From a virus (taxonomy: Duplodnaviria > Caudoviricetes): 33,656 nt of DNA. Position numbers and translations under genes: made by a program. A model generated the notes under the pieces. It searched no databases and was not told the DNA's origin. It saw nothing but the letters and a program-made list of their open reading frames with translations. This document shows, piece by piece, positions 1 through 7,319 of the stretch (position 1 is its first letter; every line of letters starts with the position of its first letter). The stretch lies in the IMG/VR virus record IMGVR_UViG_3300040971_000209, positions 1 through 33,656 of that record. One strand, given 5' to 3'.

Positions 1-964
1 GATAATCGCCCATAGCGGATTCGGCGGAGAGCATGATGCAATCGGTGCCATCAAGGATGGCATTGGCCACATCGGTGGCCTCGGCTCGGGTCGGCCTGCG
101 ATTGGTGGTCATGGATTCGAGCATCTGGGTGGCGGTGATCACCGGTTTTCCCGCCCTTTGGGCCTGGGCCATGATTTTTTTCTGGGTGATGGCCATCTCT
201 TCAATAGGGATCTCGACCCCTAAGTCGCCACGGGCGATCATCAGACCGTCAGCCGCGTGCAGGATGGTATCCAGATGCTCGAGGGCCTCAGAGCGTTCGA
301 TCTTGGCAATAATAAAGGGGGAGTAACCCAATTGTCTTGCCGTTTCTCTAACATCTATGAGGTCGGCCGCAGTCGCGACAAAGGATTGGCTGACGGCGTC
401 CACGCCATGTCTGAGGGCAAATTTCAGGCACTTGCGATCATGGGTGGTAAAGGCCGAAACGCCCAGGTCAATGCCCGGCAGATTAAGTCCTTTGCGAGAG
501 CGTAATTTGCCGCCAACCTGGACAACGCATTTTATCTCCTGGCCCTGCACCGAATCAACAATAAGTTGAATAAAACCATCATCGAGGTAGAGGATATTAC
601 CGGCCTTGACTGCCTTTGGGAGATCTTGGCAGGTGACCGAGGCCCGGTGGATATCTCCGATTATCTCTTCAGTGGTCAGGGTGAAAGCCTCTCCAGCCTT
701 GAGCAGGACGGGTTCATCGGCAATGGTGCCGATACGCATCTTGGGGCCGGGGAGGTCTGCCATAATGGCAATGCGGCAACCGCAATACTGGGCCGCCTCT
801 CGTATTCGGGTAATGGTCTTGCGGTGTGAGGAAAATTTGCCGTGGGAGAAGTTCAGTCGGGCGATATTCATCCCGGCCTGGATCAATTGGATCAGGGTCT
901 CTACATTGTCAGAGGCCGGCCCGATGGTGGCGATGATTTTTGTTTTGTTGGCGGGGAGTTTCAT
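1..964 (-). CDS. pyk: Pyruvate kinase (host gene; 3' end outside window)
   Basis: Hand translation from ATG at 964: [42 protein letters not shown]... and near position 1 ...[33 protein letters not shown], both pyruvate kinase signatures. Not listed in the ORF track because it has no stop in the window. Confidence 0.97.
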   Translation of the reverse strand, partial: MKLPANKTKIIATIGPASDNVETLIQLIQAGMNIARLNFSHGKFSSHRKTITRIREAAQYCGCRIAIMADLPGPKMRIGTIADEPVLLKAGEAFTLTTEEIIGDIHRASVTCQDLPKAVKAGNILYLDDGFIQLIVDSVQGQEIKCVVQVGGKLRSRKGLNLPGIDLGVSAFTTHDRKCLKFALRHGVDAVSQSFVATAADLIDVRETARQLGYSPFIIAKIERSEALEHLDTILHAADGLMIARGDLGVEIPIEEMAITQKKIMAQAQRAGKPVITATQMLESMTTNRRPTRAEATDVANAILDGTDCIMLSAESAMGDY

Positions 965-1136
965 TTTTCACCGTTACAAGGTTGTGGATTGAAGGTTGTG
1001 GTTTGACCGGCGGCGTATCTTGAGAAGAAAGGCATGTGGGGGAAGAGGAGAGATCAGGTGCCGCCTTATTTCACCTCTCTCTCTCTTGTTTACTCTTTGT
1101 GAACTTTCTTGTCATATAAAAAAACGTGTAAAAGTG

Positions 1137-1166
1137 TTGACGAAGTTCCAGTGAATGTGCTATAAG
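1137..1166 (+). promoter_or_regulatory. Sigma70-type promoter of the tRNA gene
   Basis: TTGACG (1137-1142), 18-nt spacer ending in TGn, TATAAG (1161-1166), 12 nt upstream of the tRNA 5' end. Confidence 0.7.
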
Positions 1167-1178
1167 TGGCCCCAATAT

Positions 1179-1210
1179 TCCTCGGTAGCTCAGTTGGTAG
1201 AGCGTCCGAC
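1179..1210 (+). pseudogene. 5' half of a tRNA (probably tRNA-Asn), interrupted at the anticodon loop; prophage attL
   Basis: TCCTCGG TA GCTC AGTTGGTA GAGC G TCCGA C gives the acceptor 5' strand, a complete D arm and the anticodon-stem 5' strand. No anticodon, T arm or acceptor 3' strand follows. A TCCTC 5' end is typical of bacterial tRNA-Asn (inference). Confidence 0.8.
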
Positions 1211-1224
1211 CATGAAAAAACGAT

Positions 1225-1261
1225 AAAAGGCGGTATGTCTTCGGACTTACCGCCTTTTTTT
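1225..1261. terminator. Bidirectional intrinsic terminator
   Basis: AAAAGGCGGTA-T-GTC-TTCG-GAC-T-TACCGCCTTTTTTT: GC stem, UUCG loop, A run before and T run after; lies between the tRNA fragment and the convergent integrase. Confidence 0.85.
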
Positions 1262-1326
1262 ATTGTTTTGGCGTACAGTAGCTATTTTTTCAGGTGCTAA
1301 AATTACGTTGTAACTATTTGGTTTTA

Positions 1327-2811
1327 TTAAGAAATATTGTCATGTTCGCCTATGAGCTTTTTGAGCGGTACGGTGCCCCTGATGAGGTTGATTCTGGCCT
1401 CGGTGCTTCCTGATTTTGTCCGTGGAAACATATAGTTAATGACTGCATACGAGCTAAACAGGGTAACCCGGCTAATAACCGCCGAGATGACCGCTCGTTG
1501 GTTGCTCTCGTCAAGGACTTCCCACTCTGCCCGGGTCAGAATGATGGTCTCCCAATCCGGTTCTTTGGTGGTATTTTCGGCGGATATTTGATTTTGTATG
1601 TCGCTGATCCGCCTCTTGATCCACTCCATTTCGATTTTGGCATCACCGAAATCAAGCACCCCGGTTGCGATCGCCTTTATCAAATTTGATTTCTTTTGCT
1701 CTTCTTGGAGGAGGTCGGCCATTAAATCCGTTCCCTGCCCCTTGTTCTGTCTCGCCGTCTCATAGGCCTGCCAGTATCCTCGTAATTGATCGGCTGAGGC
1801 CAGGGTAGAGAGGAGATTGCCAACCACCTTATCGTTGATGACCTGGTGCGAGATCATCCTTGATTTTGGGCAGGCCCCGGCCTTATTTTTGGTGACACAG
1901 GCGTAATAATCAAGCCTGCTTCCGTCTGTCCTGGTCTTGCTATTCCACCATGATTTAGCGGTGCGGCCGCAGTACCCACAATACATGATCCCCAGGGCAG
2001 AGAGCAGCCCAGCGGAATCTCGGCGGATGCCGTTTGTTCTCCTGGAGCGGCGTTTTTCCCTGATCCGCTCTGCCCGTGCGGCGTTCATCACCGGTAACCA
2101 GTCGCAGGTAATAGCCTCACCGGTGCCTGGATCGATGCGGAGGGCCTGATAAAAGTTCAGGCGGTCGTCAGATATTGCCCGCCTGACTGCAATCTCCGGC
2201 AACTCCAGCCGTTCAGCGATTGCCTTGGCGCTCATGGACTCGGCCATTGTCCAGAGGATCTCCATCGCTGCCAGCTGCTCGGCATCAACTACCGGCCTTG
2301 CGAGGGCCTTGTCATAGAGGTACGGCTTGGGTGGTATGCCGCCCAGGAATTTACCAGCGGCAAAGGCCTGATCCCGGCCCTCCTTCATCCGCTGGCTAAG
2401 CACCTTCATCTCGACCGACGAAAATCCGCCCTCCATCAACAGCAGCATCCAGTCCGAGTTTTGGCTCGGGTCGAGGATCCGCGACAGGGTGGCCAGCTTG
2501 GTCTTATGATCGGCGCACATGGTCAACCATCCGACATAGTCCTGCATGGTGTCATCACGTGATAAACGGGACAGCTCGATGACCAGGATGATGTCCACCC
2601 GTCCGGCCCTGACATCGGCCTCCAGACGTGCCCGTTCCGGCAACTGTTCGACCTTGCCCCGAGCGGCGCTGGCATGACCGTCATCGTAGATCGTTACCGC
2701 CCACCCCTGGGCCTGGGCATAGGCCGGAAGCTGCTCACGTTGGACGGTCAGGCGGTGGCCTTGCTTGTCGCCGTCTTCACGGGACTTGCGGATATAGACG
2801 GCGGTATTCAT
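1327..2811 (-). CDS. Large serine recombinase (phage integrase)
   Basis: N-terminal YIRKS catalytic motif, ELSRLSR motif, recombinase domain (GKFLGG.PP.PY), zinc ribbon CGYCG...YYAC...C and coiled coil; 494 aa. Confidence 0.95.
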   Translation of the reverse strand: MNTAVYIRKSREDGDKQGHRLTVQREQLPAYAQAQGWAVTIYDDGHASAARGKVEQLPERARLEADVRAGRVDIILVIELSRLSRDDTMQDYVGWLTMCADHKTKLATLSRILDPSQNSDWMLLLMEGGFSSVEMKVLSQRMKEGRDQAFAAGKFLGGIPPKPYLYDKALARPVVDAEQLAAMEILWTMAESMSAKAIAERLELPEIAVRRAISDDRLNFYQALRIDPGTGEAITCDWLPVMNAARAERIREKRRSRRTNGIRRDSAGLLSALGIMYCGYCGRTAKSWWNSKTRTDGSRLDYYACVTKNKAGACPKSRMISHQVINDKVVGNLLSTLASADQLRGYWQAYETARQNKGQGTDLMADLLQEEQKKSNLIKAIATGVLDFGDAKIEMEWIKRRISDIQNQISAENTTKEPDWETIILTRAEWEVLDESNQRAVISAVISRVTLFSSYAVINYMFPRTKSGSTEARINLIRGTVPLKKLIGEHDNIS

Positions 2812-2843
2812 TGTTTCAAAATGGGGTGTTTGTGGGTGCTCAT

Positions 2844-3719
2844 TTATCTCCCATAAATTTTTCCATACCCTTCTTGTTCATTATCCATGCAGACGGCCTG
2901 CATCTGGAAATCAGCAAATACTTCAGAGCATCTTTCCTTTGCTTTTCTGGCCTCGCTTTCAGAAAATCCGAAATTCCCCTGCATTTTCCCATGTCCTTCT
3001 TTTTCGTTTTGGAGACATACCGCCTGCATTTGGTAGTCTGCAAAGACTTTTGCACACCTTGCCGCCGCGTCGGCTCTTTCCGATTCCCATGGGTTTTGAT
3101 AGGCCATAACTGCCACACTCTTGACAATATTGTCAGTAATTGCCGCCTGGAGCTGGCCGGATGGGTTGTTGAGTTTCTGTGCTATCTGCTGCGCTCGCTG
3201 ATTGTATGCCTGATGTTGAGGTGTAAACACCCCAAAAAACACACCGAGGGCCAATGGGACAAGAATAAGGCAAGCTCCTACGACTGACCACCTTTTCTGA
3301 ATTTTATTAAAGTGCTCAAGGCTATCCCAATGTTTGTTTTTCCAGGCCCATTCCCGGCCTTTGTATCCCAAAACAACCGCCATAATAAAGCCGACCCCTG
3401 GGATAAGGGAAAGCAACCCTATCCAGGTATTGTTGCCGATAGCCCAGATCCAGTTTAAGAGACACGCGCCCCACGACCACCCTTTTACCCCTTCAGGCAA
3501 AATGTTTTGCGGCTCTCCACAATTTGGGCAGCTTGTGGCGTTTAGGGATATTTTATTTCCACATGCCTTGCACCCGCTTATCAATCTGTTCGTTGCCTTT
3601 ATCGGCGGCGGTTCGGCCTGCCTTGCTTGCCGTTGATAATATTTTTCAAATATTATTCCGCACTTTTTACACTCGATGTCACCTTGTTCGTATTCTGTCT
3701 GGCATTTTGGGCATTCCAT
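2844..3719 (-). CDS. Membrane protein with N-terminal zinc ribbons and duplicated C-terminal Cys-pair repeat
   Basis: CPKC..CKKC and CKAC..CPNC; hydrophobic segment GWSWGACLLNWIWAIGNNTWIGLLSLIPGVGFIMAVVLG; a further TM segment; two ~26-aa repeats RC.xVFAD(Y/F)QMQAVC..NE.EG.GK. Confidence 0.85.
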   Translation of the reverse strand: MECPKCQTEYEQGDIECKKCGIIFEKYYQRQARQAEPPPIKATNRLISGCKACGNKISLNATSCPNCGEPQNILPEGVKGWSWGACLLNWIWAIGNNTWIGLLSLIPGVGFIMAVVLGYKGREWAWKNKHWDSLEHFNKIQKRWSVVGACLILVPLALGVFFGVFTPQHQAYNQRAQQIAQKLNNPSGQLQAAITDNIVKSVAVMAYQNPWESERADAAARCAKVFADYQMQAVCLQNEKEGHGKMQGNFGFSESEARKAKERCSEVFADFQMQAVCMDNEQEGYGKIYGR

Positions 3720-3870
3720 AATTTCCCGCTGGTTTTTGTGTTTGATGTTGTTCTATATTAAGATGTTTTGTTCTTTTGCCGATAATATTTCCACCTGTTA
3801 TAAGCCTAAGAGTTGGCCTGTTCGTCTCTTTTTTTGGCGTTTGCTCCAAGTGATAAAAGAAGTTCTTCAA
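3679..3870 (-). CDS. Possible small hypothetical protein
   Basis: 63-aa ORF bridging the repressor and the membrane-protein gene, overlapping both; no recognisable motif. Confidence 0.3.
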   Translation of the reverse strand: MKNFFYHLEQTPKKETNRPTLRLITGGNIIGKRTKHLNIEQHQTQKPAGNYGMPKMPDRIRTR

Positions 3871-4945
3871 TTCTTAAGTTCTGGATCTTCATTTCCTGCC
3901 TGTCTGTATCCATTGCCTTTTGCATCTGATTTATTCTCTCATTTATTCCCACCATTTCTTCCTCACGCTTAACTCCTTGATAAAAAGCCCTGACGTTTGA
4001 CAGCAGGGCAGACTTGTAAATTGTCTTTGACCGGATCACTGCAAGTGTCTGGTTGACGATCTCTTCTTCTGAGACTTCACCGTCAGGGTTTTCCGTTTCG
4101 GGTTGATATGCTATCCCAACCGACTTTATGACCGAGTTTTTCCCGTAGGTGCGGACCAGTTTTTCTTCCAGTGTTTCTTTGTTTCCCAGCTCGATATGGG
4201 CGGCTATCTTGCTGGGTATGATTTTATTTTGTTTTGTTTTTATCGATCCAGTATCAGTTATTATTGCCCCTCCATCTTCTAAATATATTTTTTCTATTTC
4301 TGGATAATCTGAGTCCCTTTCTTTATTTATGTATCCACAGATGCAACCATTAAACGCCGCAGAATAATAACTATGGCATTCTGGGCACATAAGCGCATGT
4401 TCATCTTTCTTGTTGTTCTTTTTCTTATCATATTTCCCCACAACATCGAGAATAACCCCGGTTTCCTTAAATGGTGAGTTTTTCGTTATACAATGCGCTG
4501 ATCTATCTCCAGCAAATTCTCCTCGCCCTAAAGTATATGGTGTCCCTTCAGGACCACGACCGTGATAATGCCACTGCCGGCAGTGAATACAATAGAATTG
4601 AAGCTGACTGTCACAGTCGTCATATGTTTTAACAACAGGCGTACCGCTTTCTTTATCAATTTCAATTACTTCCGGGTCTTTTTCAAAAATATCATTTAAT
4701 AACTTCCGATCTTTATTTTTATCAAATGGGGATCGGGTCCCGCTTATCAGCCAACCAGGGACAGCATCGCAAGATTTTGCAATTTTATCTAAAATACCAA
4801 CGGTTGGCTGGCCCTTTCCCTTTATAAATCCTGTCATCGTTGAGTTTGGAATAGAGCACTTAGCGGAGAATGCAGATACAGATTCTCCCTTCATCAAGTG
4901 GCGCAATCTTGCAATAATATTATATTCTACTTTCATTTTATACAC
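3806..4945 (-). CDS. CI-like XRE-family repressor with internal Cys/His-rich domain and C-terminal coiled coil
   Basis: N-terminal HTH (SVSAFSAKCSIPNSTMTGFIKGKGQPTVGILDKIAKSCDAVPGWLISG); divergent from a Cro-like gene; no LexA/S24 peptidase motifs recognised. Confidence 0.85.
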   Translation of the reverse strand: MYKMKVEYNIIARLRHLMKGESVSAFSAKCSIPNSTMTGFIKGKGQPTVGILDKIAKSCDAVPGWLISGTRSPFDKNKDRKLLNDIFEKDPEVIEIDKESGTPVVKTYDDCDSQLQFYCIHCRQWHYHGRGPEGTPYTLGRGEFAGDRSAHCITKNSPFKETGVILDVVGKYDKKKNNKKDEHALMCPECHSYYSAAFNGCICGYINKERDSDYPEIEKIYLEDGGAIITDTGSIKTKQNKIIPSKIAAHIELGNKETLEEKLVRTYGKNSVIKSVGIAYQPETENPDGEVSEEEIVNQTLAVIRSKTIYKSALLSNVRAFYQGVKREEEMVGINERINQMQKAMDTDRQEMKIQNLRIEELLLSLGANAKKRDEQANS

Positions 4946-4960
4946 TTACAGAATTGAGTG

Positions 4961-5021
4961 AAACTTATTTGCGGAATTCAATAAGTATCTATTGACGGAA
5001 TTCCGCAAATAAGTTTATAAG
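4961..5021. promoter_or_regulatory. cI/cro operator-promoter region
   Basis: Perfect 19-bp inverted repeat AAACTTATTTGCGGAATTC (4961-4979 / 4998-5016); palindrome CGGAATTCCG (4996-5005); rightward TTGACG (4992-4997) N18 TATAAG (5016-5021); leftward TTGAAT (4981-4976). Confidence 0.8.
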
Positions 5022-5022
5022 G

Positions 5023-5229
5023 ATGATCATGGATACTAACTTAATAAAACAACAACTCAAAGAAAGAAACCTGAGAATGGCAGATATCGCCCGCGCTCTT
5101 CAGGTGACTCCTGTAGCTGTCTGGTTAACCATTAAAGGTACGAGCAAGTCTGCCCGTATCACCAAGGCTATAGAAGAAGCCATAAATAAACCGATTCCTA
5201 AACAATCAACCGAGGAGCAAGCAGTATGA
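5023..5229 (+). CDS. Cro/Ner-like HTH protein
   Basis: 68 aa, IKQQLKERNLRMADIARALQVTPVAVWLTIKG..KSARI; divergent from the repressor. Confidence 0.88.
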   Translation: MIMDTNLIKQQLKERNLRMADIARALQVTPVAVWLTIKGTSKSARITKAIEEAINKPIPKQSTEEQAV

Positions 5230-5384
5230 AAAAATCAGCATGGGAATCATTCATGATAGACATTTCAGGTTCAGAATCCGCAGCCAAAGAATTACAGGTT
5301 GAGTTTTGCCGGTCAATGGGTGGTTCTGCTCTCAAGCCTTGCAACCTCCTGGGAGCCCTCGGTAAGCCAGAATCAGAAATATAG
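5226..5384 (+). CDS. Small hypothetical protein (52 aa)
   Basis: GAGGAG SD at ~5211; ATGA overlap with cro stop; MKKSAWESFMIDISG...KPESEI. Confidence 0.6.
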   Translation: MKKSAWESFMIDISGSESAAKELQVEFCRSMGGSALKPCNLLGALGKPESEI

Positions 5385-5413
5385 CCTGAACCATCAACCA
5401 AGGAGCAAATATC

Positions 5414-5554
5414 ATGAACACAGTCCTGACAGTCGATCAAAAGATAGAGCTCATGTCATTAGCGTTAGGTGATGTTGACCGTTACAAACAGATGGTAGAT
5501 GTCGTCTGTAACTATTCTCCTCAAGAAGATCCAGGCGATAAAGGTGATCAGTGA
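5414..5554 (+). CDS. Small hypothetical protein (46 aa)
   Basis: AAGGAG SD followed by CAAATATC ATG; MNTVLTVDQKIELMSLALGDVDRYKQMVDVVC... Confidence 0.6.
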   Translation: MNTVLTVDQKIELMSLALGDVDRYKQMVDVVCNYSPQEDPGDKGDQ

Positions 5555-5721
5555 TCTGTTTTATTCTCACTCTCGATTTGGTCCATGAGCCTAATAAGAG
5601 TTCCGTAAACCTCTTCAAGCACATACCCGGGAGATAGCTTATCTGCTCCTCCTTGCGAAAAAGCCTTTGCAATGTCTGTGGCTGTGTTGAGGGCTGTATA
5701 TTTTTGTTCTTTTGTCGCCAT
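5548..5721 (-). CDS. Small hypothetical protein (57 aa), antisense to the early operon
   Basis: AAGGAG SD on minus strand; hand translation MATKEQKYTALNTATDIAKAFSQGGADKLSPGYVLEEVYGTLIRLMDQIESENKTDH; converges with the 5414 ORF. Confidence 0.7.
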   Translation of the reverse strand: MATKEQKYTALNTATDIAKAFSQGGADKLSPGYVLEEVYGTLIRLMDQIESENKTDH

Positions 5722-5917
5722 GATAAATGCTCCTTGTTTAATTTTTTATTGTCGTACCCCGTAAAAACAAAACACCTCTGGCCCTGCCGTCGGAATAGTC
5801 CGGCGTAAAAGTGATGACAACAGGTTGGCGCCCGTTTTCATCGTAGCAGGTGCCGGGGGCTTTTTCAAAGGATCTTTTTCCATAATCTTAATATGCCGGA
5901 AGGCGCGAGGTAAATAA

Positions 5918-6385
5918 ATGCCGAAAAATCAAGGGAAAATGCGGTCATGGCAGGTGTTTCACTTCGCTCGCAAGCATCTGGGTCGGTCTTCCCTTTATGC
6001 CATATTCGGCAAGAAAAACGCCCGCGCCGTGGATCACTGGTGCCAAGATCCAATGTACACCGACAAGGTAGATGGCGCGTATGATCCAGTCCAGGGAGTG
6101 AAGAACATGCTCTCTATGCTCGACGATAACGGTCATATCGGGGCAGTTCGGGCCTGTATCGACTTCCTGTGCTCGGGTACATCTCTCGATTGCGGCGGTG
6201 AACCTGAGATGGCCGAGCCCCTGCCCACGCTCTCGGAAGAGATCCTTGCCGATTATAAGGCCGTGTCCCTCCTGCAATCAGCGATCGAGGATCGCATGGA
6301 CATAAAGGTCATCAACTCCCTGAAGAACGAAGCCTTGGCCGAGATCGAGCGCACATGCGCCAAATACCAGGAGGATTGCCGATGA
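5918..6385 (+). CDS. Putative CII-like regulatory protein
   Basis: GAGGT SD; 155 aa; position after cro; N-terminal HTH-like segment with helical C-terminus. Function inferred mainly from position. Confidence 0.6.
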   Translation: MPKNQGKMRSWQVFHFARKHLGRSSLYAIFGKKNARAVDHWCQDPMYTDKVDGAYDPVQGVKNMLSMLDDNGHIGAVRACIDFLCSGTSLDCGGEPEMAEPLPTLSEEILADYKAVSLLQSAIEDRMDIKVINSLKNEALAEIERTCAKYQEDCR

Positions 6386-6543
6386 AGTCTCGTGTGTCTC
6401 ATCCAACCACCCCTGACCAGGTGTGGCGACATTGCCGGGATGTCCTGTTTCCCGTCCTGATCGCCGCCCGGAAGCAGGTAGATGCCATCAAGGCCGCTAA
6501 GGCCGCAACCACGAAGGAGCGCAACCATGTTGTCATGTCATAG
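6382..6543 (+). CDS. Small hypothetical protein (53 aa)
   Basis: GGAGG SD; ATGA overlap with the previous stop; MKSRVSHPTTPDQVWRHCRDVLFPVLIAARK... Confidence 0.6.
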   Translation: MKSRVSHPTTPDQVWRHCRDVLFPVLIAARKQVDAIKAAKAATTKERNHVVMS

Positions 6544-6883
6544 ACCTGCAACCGGCCCATACTTCCAGGAACCAAGGCCCGTCGGTTCGATTATCAAGGC
6601 CTGGCTGATATCGACACTTATCCCCAATATTATATCAGCGGCAATAGTAGCGACCATGATAGTTTTGACCATGATCACCCTCGGAGAGATCCCGTTAGGC
6701 CCTGCTGCTGGTCTCTCTGCCCACCACCCAGACCGTGACAGGTCTCCCCTCCTCTCCTCTATCAGCACCACCGGCCATGATCCCTGCACGATAGCAAACA
6801 GGGCGGATCATGGCCACCTGGCTGGCTCCGACCGCATCCCCACACGTCATCCGCTACGACCTGCTGCTGAAGATCTGCGCTGA
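6527..6883 (+). CDS. Hypothetical protein with one hydrophobic segment (118 aa)
   Basis: AAGGAG SD before ATG 6527; ..PRPVGSIIKAWL.. followed by a TM-like stretch. Confidence 0.55.
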   Translation: MLSCHRPATGPYFQEPRPVGSIIKAWLISTLIPNIISAAIVATMIVLTMITLGEIPLGPAAGLSAHHPDRDRSPLLSSISTTGHDPCTIANRADHGHLAGSDRIPTRHPLRPAAEDLR

Positions 6884-7123
6884 TCTGACATCAAATAATA
6901 TCCATAGCTGATTATAATGATATCACTGACTATCCCCTTGACTGCTGCCGGTCGCAGCGAGATGCCTTACCTCGCCCTCGCTTCCTCGCTTCTGTCTGTT
7001 CCCTTTGTTTCCCCTGCCTTGCAAGCCCCGAGGGGCACCGGCGGTTATCGCCCTTCCCCCTCTCCCCCTACCGGAGGATACCTCCAACAGGCTACCAAGC
7101 CCTACCAGACCCCCAAAAGTAGC

Positions 7124-7223
7124 GGGTCCTCTCCAGCACCCAGCCCCCTAACGGGTCTGCCGAGCTCGAGGCTTGGCTCGCTATATATTTTTAATTTTGG
7201 TGGCAAGTTGGCAACTTTGGCAA
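7124..7223 (+). other. Lambda-like cos site (cosQ, cosN and possible terS-binding repeats)
   Basis: GGGTCCT (7124-7130, identical to lambda cosQ), 23 nt ending in ACG, then GGTCTGCCGAGCT-CG (lambda GGGCGGCGACCT-CG), then TCGCTATATAT (lambda TCGCTATTTAT) and an AT tract; TGGCAA three times at 7201, 7209 and 7218. Confidence 0.75.
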
Positions 7224-7319
7224 TTTGCGGATTTGTGGTGTTGGCTGGGGCGGACTGGTGGCTGGGGTTGCGGCTTGTTTATCTGGTTGTTTTCATATCA
7301 AAAACTTTGATGGTTTGAG

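Noticed and set aside
33-992. Plus-strand ORFs at the window start
   Set aside because: Antisense shadows of pyk.
1179-1260. Intact or intron-containing tRNA using TCGGA at 1241
   Set aside because: That TCGGA belongs to the UUCG terminator hairpin; no T arm or acceptor 3' strand follows.
5775-5865. Hammerhead ribozyme
   Set aside because: GTGATGA resembles CUGAUGA, but the GAAA and cleavage-triplet elements are not correctly placed on either strand.
6917-7318. 133-aa ORF as a real gene
   Set aside because: No SD, low-complexity Pro/Ser composition, and it spans the cos-like site; more likely non-coding, though not excluded.
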